DNA of 64,000 bases from Spirochaetaceae bacterium. Its GTDB lineage: Bacteria > Spirochaetota > Spirochaetia > DSM-2461. Every line of letters starts with the position of its first letter. The stretch's first letter is position 1. Location of the stretch: assembly GCA_965224705.1 (NCBI GenBank), contig OZ245056.1, positions 2,720,001 to 2,784,000 of the forward strand, read 5' to 3'. The notes under the pieces are model-generated. The model was not told the origin of the DNA. It did not search any database and worked only from the letters and a program-made list of their open reading frames with translations. Positions 1 to 9,528 of the stretch are shown piece after piece. The position numbers and the translations under genes are program-made.

Positions 1-1
1 T

Positions 2-370
2 CTACATGCCGTCAGAGGTGCAGTAACCATCGATAATCCTGACAATGAAGTCCGGGAGATGAAGAAGGTCTCAGGTAATCTCCTGGATGTTTTACTGAAA
101 AAAAACCTCATTAAGCTGGAAGATATTGTCAGCATCCAGATAACTCAAACACCAGACCTCACACAGATTAATGCGGCTTCTGCTCTACGGGCAGCCCGTC
201 CTCATTTCGGATCCATTCCCCTGTTCTGTGCTCAAGAACCGGATATTGAAGGCATGCTTACAGGAGTTATCAGGGTACTGGTTACCTATTATGGAGTAAA
301 TCCCGGCATGCCTGTATATCTTGGTGGAGCTGAAAAACTTCGGACGGATATAGCAAAAGGAAATCACTAA
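2..370 (+). CDS. aroH: Chorismate mutase, AroH type (5'-truncated by window edge)
   Basis: The frame is open from position 2 (LHAVRGAVT...). AroH motifs: AVRGA, T.DL...AASALR, PLFCAQE..IEGM...IRVL, YLGGAEKLRTD. Confidence 0.85.
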   Translation, partial: LHAVRGAVTIDNPDNEVREMKKVSGNLLDVLLKKNLIKLEDIVSIQITQTPDLTQINAASALRAARPHFGSIPLFCAQEPDIEGMLTGVIRVLVTYYGVNPGMPVYLGGAEKLRTDIAKGNH

Positions 371-397
371 ACAGGTAAAAAATGCCGAAACTGGCAT

Positions 398-1153
398 ATG
401 GATGTTTGTCATTCTATATTTGAGGATGTTTTTTCTGTGCAGGAAACTGGCGGAAATGAATCGATTGCTGAGGCCGCAAATATAATCAATCATACCCTGG
501 ATTCTGTCAGAATGGCCGTCCAACCTGATTTACCGACACAGTTTGTGGCCGACAGCATTGGTTCAATGCTCCAGGATAATGGGGTTGACCCAGGATACAT
601 AATCAGTATTTCTCCAGAGGATGTAGCATGGCATGGTATCCCCGGTGACAGATTACTTGGTAGAGGAGAAATTGTAACAATTGATGTGGCATGTTCTGTT
701 CGTGGATGGTGGACTGACATTTCAATAACAGTTCCCGTCAGCGACATTGATGAAAAAAGACTGAGATTGATTGAAGCCGCCAGGGAAGGAACAAAAACCC
801 TGATCAACTGCACCAAAAAAAACAGCAACGGAAGGGAAAATGCTGCAAAAATGTCTGATCATTGTAAAAGATATGATGTCAGGCTGATCTCCGAAGGAGC
901 AGGGCATGGGTTGGGCAGGAAGCTTCACTGTAATCCACAGCTTACATATGATGGTCGCCTCCATACGCCTCTGGAAGATGGACGGGCATATACAATTGAA
1001 CCTGTTTTTACCAGCGGTAATGGCAGAGTGAGAATGAATTCTGATGGATCTGCGGTAACGGAAGATGGGGAACCAACAGCATATTTTGAAATCGCTGTGC
1101 TAATTCGCGGTAATAATACAGTAATACTTGGGAATCCTTCCTGGCTGTCGTAA
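398..1153 (+). CDS. map: Type I methionine aminopeptidase-like protein (peptidase M24), divergent
   Basis: HGIPG, IDVA...WTD, GHGLG..LH, TIEP and FE metal-ligand motifs (D,D,H,E,E). Confidence 0.75.
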   Translation: MDVCHSIFEDVFSVQETGGNESIAEAANIINHTLDSVRMAVQPDLPTQFVADSIGSMLQDNGVDPGYIISISPEDVAWHGIPGDRLLGRGEIVTIDVACSVRGWWTDISITVPVSDIDEKRLRLIEAAREGTKTLINCTKKNSNGRENAAKMSDHCKRYDVRLISEGAGHGLGRKLHCNPQLTYDGRLHTPLEDGRAYTIEPVFTSGNGRVRMNSDGSAVTEDGEPTAYFEIAVLIRGNNTVILGNPSWLS

Positions 1154-1161
1154 AATCAGTG

Positions 1162-1190
1162 TTGACAAATACAGTATTCAATGATACGTT
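1162..1190 (+). promoter_or_regulatory. Sigma70-type promoter for the tRNA pair
   Basis: TTGACA(1162-1167)-N17-TACGTT(1185-1190) with an extended -10 TG, 13 nt upstream of tRNA-Thr. Confidence 0.7.
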
Positions 1191-1203
1191 CCCCTACGAC
1201 AGT

Positions 1204-1277
1204 GCCATCTTAGCTCAGCTGGCCAGAGCACGTGATTTGTAATCTCGGGGTCGTCGGTTCGAATCCGACAGATGGCT
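1204..1277 (+). tRNA. tRNA-Thr(TGT)
   Basis: Acceptor stem GCCATCT/AGATGGC, D arm TAGCTCAGCTGGCCAGAGC, anticodon loop TT-TGT-AA, T loop GGTTCGAATCC. No encoded CCA. Confidence 0.95.
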
Positions 1278-1291
1278 CGTAAAGAATTTCC

Positions 1292-1373
1292 GGGGAGGTT
1301 CCCGAGTGGCCAAAGGGGGCAGACTGTAAATCTGTTGCTATCAGCTTCGAAGGTTCGAATCCTTCTCTCCCCA
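1292..1373 (+). tRNA. tRNA-Tyr(GTA)
   Basis: Acceptor stem GGGGAGG/TCTCCCC, anticodon arm GCAGA-CT-GTA-AA-TCTGT, long variable arm, GGTTCGAATCC. No encoded CCA. Confidence 0.95.
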
Positions 1374-1386
1374 TGATGAACACTTA

Positions 1387-2649
1387 CCCAGTGTCAGAAA
1401 GCCTGTAAAACCCCCTTCAACCCATCCCGGGAGTCCAATCTCCTCCTAAACCTTCACATACAGCGGATCATAACGACCGGATTCCACTCCCGGATTACGC
1501 CACTCACACAACCAGGTCTTCTTCTCTGCCGCACCCAGATTGACCTTGCTCAAAAAGGCTCTCTTCAACCAGTATTTGCTCACTGCCTTCCGAAGTTTCT
1601 TCCTGGTGATCCCGGCCTTCTCAGCATGAGTTGTGTCCTTCTTCTTCCGGGCCTCCTTCACCCGCCATGGAATCATGCAGTTGTGGTAGTGACGATAAAG
1701 AACAAATCGAATCATCATTGCAGCGGGAGATTTGGCAAACTTGACCGTCTCCCTGACATGATCTGAAATATCTTTCCTGATCTGACGGTCAATGTAGTTA
1801 ATAGGAAACATCGAATTATCCATGGTTCTGGCCGACCTTGAAGATGTCATGACCCGGATGAAGAAGTGGAGAAAATGCTCGGTTTTCGCAAAGGCCCGGG
1901 TGTATGCCCTGTGCATATCCGTGAAGAGCAGCTTATGCACAACCTTTTTCTTCATAAGGAATTGAATCAAATCTTCTGTCAGACTTCTCACCGATTTCTC
2001 AATGGCCCCGGGATCCGCCCTGCCCCTGGCCTCCAGCTTCTTTCGGATCAATTTTTGACGGGAAGTCATTCTTCCTTTCCGCCTGAGATTGGCAAACCCG
2101 GTCTCATAGATGAACTCGGACTCACTCCCGGCAAAGATGTTGATGTGGTTGGGATAGTATTGAGAGAAGGAAAAGGACTCCAGTCCATCCGCAGCCATGG
2201 ATTCCCTCATAGGGAGTTTTTTCAACAGCCGGGCATGGATTGCCATGGCGGAACGGGCCAGTCTTTCGCATCGGTTCTGCACCGTATCGGAAGAAACCTC
2301 CAGATGACGGCTGATGTCGTTCACACCGGAAGAGGTCACCAGATGCTGTAGAAGTTCCTCGTAGTCGACGACTTTTTTCGCATAGTAATCGATTGAAAAA
2401 GTCTGGGAGGAAAAGGTTCTTTTGCAGTCATTGCAGATGTATCGCTGGACTGTTCCGAATGCTTCAGTGTGGTAGGAACTGTGTATCGAAAACCAGTTCT
2501 TTTGCTCTGGGGCACTGAAATGGATACATTTCGGGTTGGGGCAGTGGGGGAATGGCATGGTCAAACTCCTTTATAAATTGTTTTCTTACTATGTTATAAC
2601 GAGCCTGACAGGGGGTTTTTGCTACATTAACAAGCTTTCTGACACTGGG
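1387..2649 (-). mobile_element. Insertion sequence (~1.26 kb), IS1-like/unclassified, single transposase ORF
   Basis: Terminal inverted repeats CCCAGTGTCAGAAAGCCTGT (1387-1406) and ACAAGCTTTCTGACACTGGG (2630-2649) match 19/20 and enclose one transposase-like ORF. Confidence 0.85.
1446..2558 (-). CDS. Transposase (Zn ribbon + HTH + RNase H-like catalytic domain), IS1-like
   Basis: CPNPKC...QRYICNDCKRTF zinc ribbon, HTH (VNDISRHLEVSSDTV), AADGLESF, FTDMHRAY, INYIDRQIR and RETVKFAK motifs. SD AAGGAG lies 7 nt before the ATG at 2558. Confidence 0.8.
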   Translation of the reverse strand: MPFPHCPNPKCIHFSAPEQKNWFSIHSSYHTEAFGTVQRYICNDCKRTFSSQTFSIDYYAKKVVDYEELLQHLVTSSGVNDISRHLEVSSDTVQNRCERLARSAMAIHARLLKKLPMRESMAADGLESFSFSQYYPNHINIFAGSESEFIYETGFANLRRKGRMTSRQKLIRKKLEARGRADPGAIEKSVRSLTEDLIQFLMKKKVVHKLLFTDMHRAYTRAFAKTEHFLHFFIRVMTSSRSARTMDNSMFPINYIDRQIRKDISDHVRETVKFAKSPAAMMIRFVLYRHYHNCMIPWRVKEARKKKDTTHAEKAGITRKKLRKAVSKYWLKRAFLSKVNLGAAEKKTWLCEWRNPGVESGRYDPLYVKV

Positions 2650-2827
2650 AAAAGAATTCATCATGAAGTTCAGGTGGTCCTGCACTGTGAATGAAGTCAG
2701 CCATCCAGAGTACCGGGCCTGTCCATTCTGATCATCGATAACAGCATCCCAACACAGGATATTCATCATTTTTTGAAGAAAAACGGGATGATGATTTGAT
2801 CTCTCCGGTATAATGATATATTCTACC

Positions 2828-2966
2828 CTAGGAGCCCTCGGACTTACGCCTTACGGCTCGATTTTTGACTTTTTCCTGCTGCTGCGTTGCCTGCCTGTCG
2901 GCAGACAGGTCGCCTTGCGTCAGGAAAAATCACCAGAAATCGTCTTAAAGTCCGACAGACTCCTGG
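2828..2966. repeat. MITE-like palindromic element (~140 bp)
   Basis: Ends CTAGGAGCCCTCGGACTT / AAGTCCGACAGACTCCTGG are imperfect IRs; internal arms TTTTTCCTG/CAGGAAAAA; homologous to 45612-45672. Confidence 0.75.
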
Positions 2967-2976
2967 TGGAGCAATC

Positions 2977-3930
2977 ATGATAATTCGTATTTGGGGAGTT
3001 CGAGGTTCAAGTCCAACACCGTTAACTCCAGAAGGAGTCCGCCGAAAGATAGAGCGGGCCTTGAGCATGGCTGAGCCTTCCGATTTAAACAGCGAGAAAT
3101 CGCGGAAACAATTCCTTGCAGGATTACCGGCGGATATCAGCAGTACAATTGGGGGGAATACGGCCTGTATTGAAGTTCGTACTTCAGAAGGGAAAATGAT
3201 TATTCTTGATACTGGAACCGGACTCCGAGAGTTGGAGAATCACAGTCTGAATAATCAGAGCCAGATCAATGAATATCATATTTTCCTGTCGCATTTTCAT
3301 TATGATCATCTTATGGGAATTCCTTTTTTCTCTCCAATGTACAATGAGGAAGCTCACATCCATTTTTACAGTCCATTTTCATCAATGGAGAAGAAGCTCA
3401 GGAGATTCATGTCAACTCCATATCATCCGGTTAACTGGGATAGTTTTACTGCTGATATAGATTTTCACAAATTGGAGAACGATGAAACAGTCCATATAGG
3501 CAGCGCTGATATAACATGGATACACAGAGAACATCCCGGGGGGGGGGCATCTTACAAAGTTTCTGAAAAGAATCGATCCATAATCTATTCTTCCGATACT
3601 CAGCTCACTGAAAAAGATTTCAGAAAGTCAGAAAAAAACATCAACTACTTTAAAAATGCTGATATTATCATTCATGATGCTCAATTTACATTGGAAGAAG
3701 CTATTGCAAAATACGATTGGGGACATTCTACTTACAGCCTGGCCGTTCAATTCGCAAGGGAGTTCAATATAAAGAAGCTTCTGCTGTTTCACCACGATCC
3801 ACTGAAATCTGATTCGAAGCTGGAAGAGATTCTTGCAGCGGCAAGGCAGCTTGACGCTCATTTGAAGGGGCATCATAAAGCGAAGATGGTGGTGGAACTT
3901 GCTCGTGAAGGGATTGAAATTCAGCTTTGA
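2977..3930 (+). CDS. Metallo-beta-lactamase-fold hydrolase (phosphodiesterase/RNase Z-like)
   Basis: WGVRGS, GGNTAC, LDTGTG, SHFHYDH, HPGG, HDAQF, WGHS and FHHDP motifs. Start moved to the ATG at 2977 (GGAG SD); the upstream ORF extension is MITE sequence. Confidence 0.85.
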   Translation: MIIRIWGVRGSSPTPLTPEGVRRKIERALSMAEPSDLNSEKSRKQFLAGLPADISSTIGGNTACIEVRTSEGKMIILDTGTGLRELENHSLNNQSQINEYHIFLSHFHYDHLMGIPFFSPMYNEEAHIHFYSPFSSMEKKLRRFMSTPYHPVNWDSFTADIDFHKLENDETVHIGSADITWIHREHPGGGASYKVSEKNRSIIYSSDTQLTEKDFRKSEKNINYFKNADIIIHDAQFTLEEAIAKYDWGHSTYSLAVQFAREFNIKKLLLFHHDPLKSDSKLEEILAAARQLDAHLKGHHKAKMVVELAREGIEIQL

Positions 3931-3957
3931 AAATGAACTCCAGGGATTAATAGACAA

Positions 3958-5070
3958 TTGCGGACTATTGTACGAATCTTCGTCATAGCAGTACCTCTCA
4001 CGGCACTGATAATTCTCGTCGCAGGTGCGTCAGTACTATGGTTTTATTATGATAGGCCCTATGGCGACAGCAATAAACCTCCGGTTGAGATCACAATTTC
4101 CCGCGGCATGAGTTTCAGCAATCTTGCAGAGGATCTGGAAAGGGCTGAACTGGTAAGGAGTGCACAGTATTTATTCTTACGTTATCGGATAGCAGCACGA
4201 TTGGGGCTCGCAGGTCCGCATCAGGCAGGCCGATACTTGCTGGAGCAGGGACAGCGGCCATCAGTAATCATTCGCAGCCTGACGACTCCGAATGGTGCGC
4301 AGCGTGTCTATACCAGACTGACAATCCCGCCGGGATTGACGACATCCCGTATTGCGGAAATAATCCAGAAGGCCAATCTTGCAGCTTCAGCGGATGTCGA
4401 AGAGGCTGTACAGACCCTGGCGGCGGAGTATCCTGTTGTCCAGACTGAGGAAGGGCTGCTTGGCTATCTTTTTCCTGATACATATCAAATTGAAGCACCT
4501 CTGGATGAATCTTTTGAGAATTCAAAAGCCAATGCTCAATCTATAATACGGCTCATGGCTGACAGTTTTTTTTCAGTGCTGGATGAGATTCTGCCATCCT
4601 GGCAGGAATTAACTCGAATGCAGCTCCATGAAAAAATAATACTGGCATCCATTGTGGAACGTGAGTATCGGGTGGCGGAAGAAGCACCTATGATTGCGGC
4701 TGTTTTCAACAATCGCCTCATGGAAAATATGGCCCTTCAATCCTGTGCAACAGTGGTTTATACCATAGAAGAGACCGATCAGGGACGTTCATTCAAAGAT
4801 GATTACCTTCGATTTAACCGGCGAATTTTTGAGCAATACCTGAACATCAATTCTCCTTATAACACATACATGTATCCCGGCCTACCTCCCGGACCGATAG
4901 CTATTCCCGGTCGAATCGCTTTGGAGGCCATATTCCGGCCAGCCCAGATTGATTCTCTTTATTTCGTTGTAAAGAGTGTAGAGGAAGGCACTCATGTGTT
5001 TTCAAGGGACTATACCGACCATCTTCTTGCAAGAAGCGACTATCTGAATCAATACGTCGTTAAGGATTAG
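3958..5070 (+). CDS. mltG: Endolytic transglycosylase MltG (YceG)
   Basis: N-terminal TM segment, GYLFPDTY, LASIVERE, SPYNTY..GLPPGPI, LYFV motifs. Confidence 0.92.
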   Translation: MRTIVRIFVIAVPLTALIILVAGASVLWFYYDRPYGDSNKPPVEITISRGMSFSNLAEDLERAELVRSAQYLFLRYRIAARLGLAGPHQAGRYLLEQGQRPSVIIRSLTTPNGAQRVYTRLTIPPGLTTSRIAEIIQKANLAASADVEEAVQTLAAEYPVVQTEEGLLGYLFPDTYQIEAPLDESFENSKANAQSIIRLMADSFFSVLDEILPSWQELTRMQLHEKIILASIVEREYRVAEEAPMIAAVFNNRLMENMALQSCATVVYTIEETDQGRSFKDDYLRFNRRIFEQYLNINSPYNTYMYPGLPPGPIAIPGRIALEAIFRPAQIDSLYFVVKSVEEGTHVFSRDYTDHLLARSDYLNQYVVKD

Positions 5071-5077
5071 GTCGATC

Positions 5078-6856
5078 ATGCCCGGTCTTATACCTGAAAA
5101 TATAATTGACGAAGTCATACGGCGGACAGACATTGTTCAAGTCGTCAGTTCATACGTCAATATTGTACCAAGGGGACAGCGATGGTTTGGATTGTGTCCC
5201 TTCCATTCAGAAAAAACTCCATCATTCACAGTGAGTCCGGATAAGAATGTCTTCTACTGCTTTGGATGTAATAAAGGCGGAAGTGTCATTCGATTCCTCA
5301 TGGATATTGAATCATTGAGTTTCCCGGAAGCAATCCGGCATCTGGCAGAAAAATCAGGTATAGAGATTCCAGATTCAAGCGATGAGAAGCACTCGACAAC
5401 CCAGAGAAAAGCTCTGGAAGAATTGTATATCAAGGTCTCGAACACATATCAATGGCTGCTTCACAACCATCCGGAGGCCGAAATGGCAAGGAAATACCTC
5501 GAAACCAGAAAAATCAATACGGATACCTGTGATACTTATGCAATTGGCTGGGCACCTTCTGATGGAAGGTGGCTGTATCATTTTCTTCTCAGGCGGAATT
5601 ATTCACCAGAGTTTTTGGCAGCATCAGGTTTATTCAGTCTTAAATCACCAGAATGGGCGTTTTTTGTTGATAGGCTGATGTTTCCTGTAATGCAGGATTC
5701 AAACAGAGTAACAGCTTTCAGTGGCCGTGATTTGAGCAATAAAGGACCAAAGTATAAAAACTCTCCGGAAACACCGCTTTACAGGAAAAGCCAGCAGCTA
5801 TACGGATTGGGTCAGGCCAGGGAGGGTATAAGGAAAAACAAAAGAGTATTCCTTTGTGAAGGTAATATTGATGTCCTCTCATGCTGCCAGTCAGGAGTGA
5901 ATGAAGCCGTGGCTCCTCTTGGAACAGCATTCACATCGGAACAGGCACGGCTTCTCAGACGCCTGACCGAAAACTTGATCTTAGTATTCGACAGTGATGA
6001 TGCAGGTATCAAGGGAACAATGAAGGCTGCCGTAATCGCAGAAGAACATGGTTTTACGGTTCAGGCTGTCCATCTGCCCGGGGGATATGATCCAGCGGCA
6101 GTTCTGGAAGAAAAAGGTTCCGAAGAATTGAAAAAAATTATATCAAAACCTGTCAGTATCTTCAAATATTTATTATACTATATAATAGGAGATGAATCGG
6201 ATATATCAGGAAAGGCACAGGAGGAGGCACTTGCTAAACTATTACCATACTTGCAGGCTGTTGATTCGGAAGTAAGATGCGAAGCATATCTTAAACAGCT
6301 GGCTGAAGCTGTCAACACAAATCCGCAAACGGTGATTCGTGAGTATTACAGCCGTATCAAGAAACAAAAACAGGATTCCAGGGTAATGATTCATAATCAA
6401 CAGGACCTGGACACTGATATTGTTGGAGATGAGTTGTATTTAATGATCGCCATTGCTGTTAAAACTGAATACTTCTCAGCACTGAGAGCATTACTTGCTC
6501 CAGAAGTGTTTAAAGATCGGAGAGCGCTGGCAATTTACAGGGTGATAGATGAGTTCAGAACTGATGGAGTCATTCCTCGAACAGACATGATAACGGATAA
6601 ACTTGCGGATGACAGTCTGGTGAAGCTTATTCTTGAGAAAGCTCTGTCCGAAGAATTCAGTGAAAAGATAGAAGAAACTATAAAAGAAAAGATAAAACTG
6701 ATCAACATACGGATTCATGATGAAGAACGCATGGAACTACAGATTGCCCTTGCTCATGATCTTGATCCCATACACACAAAAGCACGTTTGTTGAGAATTA
6801 AGGAAATTGATCAGGAAATTATGCACATCAAGCAAGGTGATTATGTCTGGAATTAA
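5078..6856 (+). CDS. dnaG: DNA primase
   Basis: [14 protein letters not shown]2 zinc finger, [17 protein letters not shown] and FDSDDAG. Confidence 0.97.
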   Translation: MPGLIPENIIDEVIRRTDIVQVVSSYVNIVPRGQRWFGLCPFHSEKTPSFTVSPDKNVFYCFGCNKGGSVIRFLMDIESLSFPEAIRHLAEKSGIEIPDSSDEKHSTTQRKALEELYIKVSNTYQWLLHNHPEAEMARKYLETRKINTDTCDTYAIGWAPSDGRWLYHFLLRRNYSPEFLAASGLFSLKSPEWAFFVDRLMFPVMQDSNRVTAFSGRDLSNKGPKYKNSPETPLYRKSQQLYGLGQAREGIRKNKRVFLCEGNIDVLSCCQSGVNEAVAPLGTAFTSEQARLLRRLTENLILVFDSDDAGIKGTMKAAVIAEEHGFTVQAVHLPGGYDPAAVLEEKGSEELKKIISKPVSIFKYLLYYIIGDESDISGKAQEEALAKLLPYLQAVDSEVRCEAYLKQLAEAVNTNPQTVIREYYSRIKKQKQDSRVMIHNQQDLDTDIVGDELYLMIAIAVKTEYFSALRALLAPEVFKDRRALAIYRVIDEFRTDGVIPRTDMITDKLADDSLVKLILEKALSEEFSEKIEETIKEKIKLINIRIHDEERMELQIALAHDLDPIHTKARLLRIKEIDQEIMHIKQGDYVWN

Positions 6857-8666
6857 AGCAGATTCAATGATAGAGAAACTACTGGAGCATGCGGAAAAGA
6901 GCAAAGCCATCAGTTATGATGAAATCCATGACTGGCTACCCGAAAAATATACGAAGAATGATGCAATTGACGAGGTTATAGCACTGTTGACCACAAATGG
7001 TATCAAAATAACAGGTGAGGTCATCAACAAAGCAATACATCAGGAAGTTGCTCATGAGGATGAAATGCCTCTTGTTGAGGATGATCCCAACGACATTAAA
7101 TCTGTCATCGACACGGATATTGATGAAGCGGTAGAAGCAGTAGAAGAAATTGTAGAGTCTCAGCGAAAATTTGTTTTCAATGATAAAGATACTGCTATCG
7201 ACGATCCCATACGTTTATACCTTCGGGAAATCGGTAAAGACAAACTGCTTTCAGCAGAACAGGAAGTAGAGCTTTCAAAACGGATGGAAAACGGCGAGAG
7301 TATTATTACCAGAGGACTGAAAACTTCAGGGCTCATAATACCGGAATTACATGAATTGGCCAATAAGGGATTCAGCAAGTTGGAACCGAGAGAATTAAAC
7401 CTGAGCAAGAAGGAGCTTTCAGACTATTTGACTGAACGCAGACGTATCAATCATTTTTATAAGGAATCATTCAGGGAATTGATACTGCCATTGAAGCAGT
7501 ATATGGATATAAAAAATCGGATTGTTGTTACAGATGGAGATATTCATTCCGATAAAAAGCTCCATGCGAAGAGGGAACATTTATTTACTCAAATTGCAGA
7601 GATTGACATTCATCAGGAAGAAATTATTCGATTTTCAGATCGATTCGTCGCCGCAGGATTGGAAATCAATGAGCATCGAAAGCAGCAGTACAGCATTGAA
7701 CGCACTCTTGGGGTTCGCTCAATGCGGGAGATTCGTACTCTCAGCCGAGGGTTGGCAAAGATGGATCAGAGGAAGGATATTGAGCAGAAACTTGGTTTGT
7801 CTTCCGATGAAATTAAGGAGTACATACGGCAGGTTCAAGTTACGGAAAAAAAACTCCATGATATGGAACTGGATTTTGAAGCGACTACCGATGAGATCCT
7901 GAAGAAATCAGAAGAGATTCATCATGGCCGCATAATGCTGAAGACGGCCAAGGACAGGCTTATCAAAGCAAACCTCAGACTTGTAGTCAGCATTGCTAAA
8001 AAATACACACATCGAGGGCTGCATTTCTTCGATCTCGTCCAGGAAGGGAATATAGGTCTTATAAAGGCTGTCGAAAAATTCGAGTATAGAAAAGGTTATA
8101 AATTCTCCACGTATGCAACCTGGTGGATACGCCAGGCTATTACCCGGGCGATTTCAGATCAGGCGCGTACAATACGTGTCCCCGTTCACATGATTGAACA
8201 GATGAACAAGGTTCTCCGGGAGTCACGACAGCTGACGCAGGTGCTGGGACGGGAGCCCCTTGATGAGGAGGTCGCTGAGCAATTGGGCTGGACAGTCGAC
8301 CGAGTGAAATCGGTCAAAAGTGTTGCCCGTGAGCCAATCAGTCTGGAATCTCCTCTTGGAGAAGAAGAAGATTCCCTGCTGGGGGATTTCATTGAGGATA
8401 GAACAACAAAGAATCCATCCAACCAGACTTCATATACTATTCTCAAGGAACAGCTTCATGAGGTTTTGCAATCCCTACCCTCAAGGGAGCAGGACGTCTT
8501 GAAAATGCGGTTTGGTCTGGATGATGGATACTCACTCACTCTGGAAGAGGTTGGCCTGCATTTTGATGTAACTCGCGAGAGAATCCGACAAATTGAGGCC
8601 AAGGCACTCAGACGGCTCCGTCATCCTAAAAGAAGCCGGAGACTCAAAGACTATATAGAAAACTAG
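6843..8666 (+). CDS. rpoD: RNA polymerase primary sigma factor
   Basis: [12 protein letters not shown] (region 1.2), [34 protein letters not shown]. Confidence 0.97.
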   Translation: MSGIKADSMIEKLLEHAEKSKAISYDEIHDWLPEKYTKNDAIDEVIALLTTNGIKITGEVINKAIHQEVAHEDEMPLVEDDPNDIKSVIDTDIDEAVEAVEEIVESQRKFVFNDKDTAIDDPIRLYLREIGKDKLLSAEQEVELSKRMENGESIITRGLKTSGLIIPELHELANKGFSKLEPRELNLSKKELSDYLTERRRINHFYKESFRELILPLKQYMDIKNRIVVTDGDIHSDKKLHAKREHLFTQIAEIDIHQEEIIRFSDRFVAAGLEINEHRKQQYSIERTLGVRSMREIRTLSRGLAKMDQRKDIEQKLGLSSDEIKEYIRQVQVTEKKLHDMELDFEATTDEILKKSEEIHHGRIMLKTAKDRLIKANLRLVVSIAKKYTHRGLHFFDLVQEGNIGLIKAVEKFEYRKGYKFSTYATWWIRQAITRAISDQARTIRVPVHMIEQMNKVLRESRQLTQVLGREPLDEEVAEQLGWTVDRVKSVKSVAREPISLESPLGEEEDSLLGDFIEDRTTKNPSNQTSYTILKEQLHEVLQSLPSREQDVLKMRFGLDDGYSLTLEEVGLHFDVTRERIRQIEAKALRRLRHPKRSRRLKDYIEN

Positions 8667-8675
8667 AGGAAGGAT

Positions 8676-9470
8676 ATGGACAAATCGTATGATGTTCTAC
8701 AGCAGCTGCAGGACATATTATTGCAAAGGTATACACTTGAAGATGAAATACAGCAGATACCCAGGGCATTGTTGACGAAACAGGAAATTCTAAATCGTTT
8801 AAAACAGGCGTATGTTGAGAACAGTGAAGAATTAGATGCAATCAAATCTGAAATGAAGCATCTGAATTTTGAGATGGAAGAAGCTGAACGTCGAAGAGAA
8901 GAATCTGAAAGCCGCATGGATATTATCACCACACAGAGGGAATATGAGGCTTTAGACAAGGAAATACATGATGCTTCAGAAAATGAACAAAGATTTCGCC
9001 GTGAGATTCAAAAAAAAGACAGGGAGCTGGCGGAGAAGCGAAGTACTCTTGAAAACGATGAACAGATGATCTCCATGCAGGAAAAAGAACTCGCTGAGGA
9101 AAATGAAAGGATTGATGAAGAAACAAAAAAGAGAACGATCCAGCTGGAGAAACTTGCAAAAAAAGAAAGCAAACTCACTCCAGGCATGAACAAGGATATC
9201 CTGTTTAAGTTTAAGAGAATTATTAAGAACAAGTCTGGTGTTGGAATCGTACCCGTTAAGTCGAATGTATGCAGTGGTTGTCATATGGTGCTATCGGCTC
9301 AATTTGTAAACGATGTGCGTGGAGGCAATGAGATACAATTCTGTCCCTATTGCAGCCGTATCCTTTTCTGGGAAGAAGATGGAGATTCGTATACAAATGT
9401 CATGACTTCTGAAGATATGGAAGTTGGTGGATTGGCTGATCTGGTTGGAGATAAAGAAAAGAATCTTTGA
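8676..9470 (+). CDS. Coiled-coil protein with C4 zinc ribbon (DUF164/CdsZ-FlgZ-like)
   Basis: Long coiled coil followed by CSGCHM...CPYCSRIL; typical position after rpoD. Confidence 0.85.
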   Translation: MDKSYDVLQQLQDILLQRYTLEDEIQQIPRALLTKQEILNRLKQAYVENSEELDAIKSEMKHLNFEMEEAERRREESESRMDIITTQREYEALDKEIHDASENEQRFRREIQKKDRELAEKRSTLENDEQMISMQEKELAEENERIDEETKKRTIQLEKLAKKESKLTPGMNKDILFKFKRIIKNKSGVGIVPVKSNVCSGCHMVLSAQFVNDVRGGNEIQFCPYCSRILFWEEDGDSYTNVMTSEDMEVGGLADLVGDKEKNL

Positions 9471-9492
9471 CGATGATTTTTTAATTTCATAC

Positions 9493-9521
9493 TTGCTGAA
9501 AAAATGATATTGAATTATGTT
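9493..9521 (+). promoter_or_regulatory. Putative sigma70 promoter of rnpB
   Basis: TTGCTG-N17-TATGTT ending 7 nt before the RNase P P1 helix. Confidence 0.5.
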
Positions 9522-9528
9522 TCCTGTG

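Noticed and set aside
2593..2602. GTTATAACGA shared by the transposase upstream region and the recA upstream region (28558-28567)
   Set aside because: A single AT-rich 10-mer match with unrelated flanks; plausible by chance.
2464..2769. 101-aa minus-strand ORF spanning the IS right end
   Set aside because: It crosses the IR boundary, so it is chimeric, and has no recognisable motif.
1292..2830. tRNA-anchored genomic island or prophage
   Set aside because: No integrase and no duplicated tRNA 3' end (att site) were seen; only an IS and a MITE are present.
2887..2976. N-terminal extension of the MBL ORF (MPACRQTGR...)
   Set aside because: It is translated MITE palindrome; the real start with an SD is at 2977.
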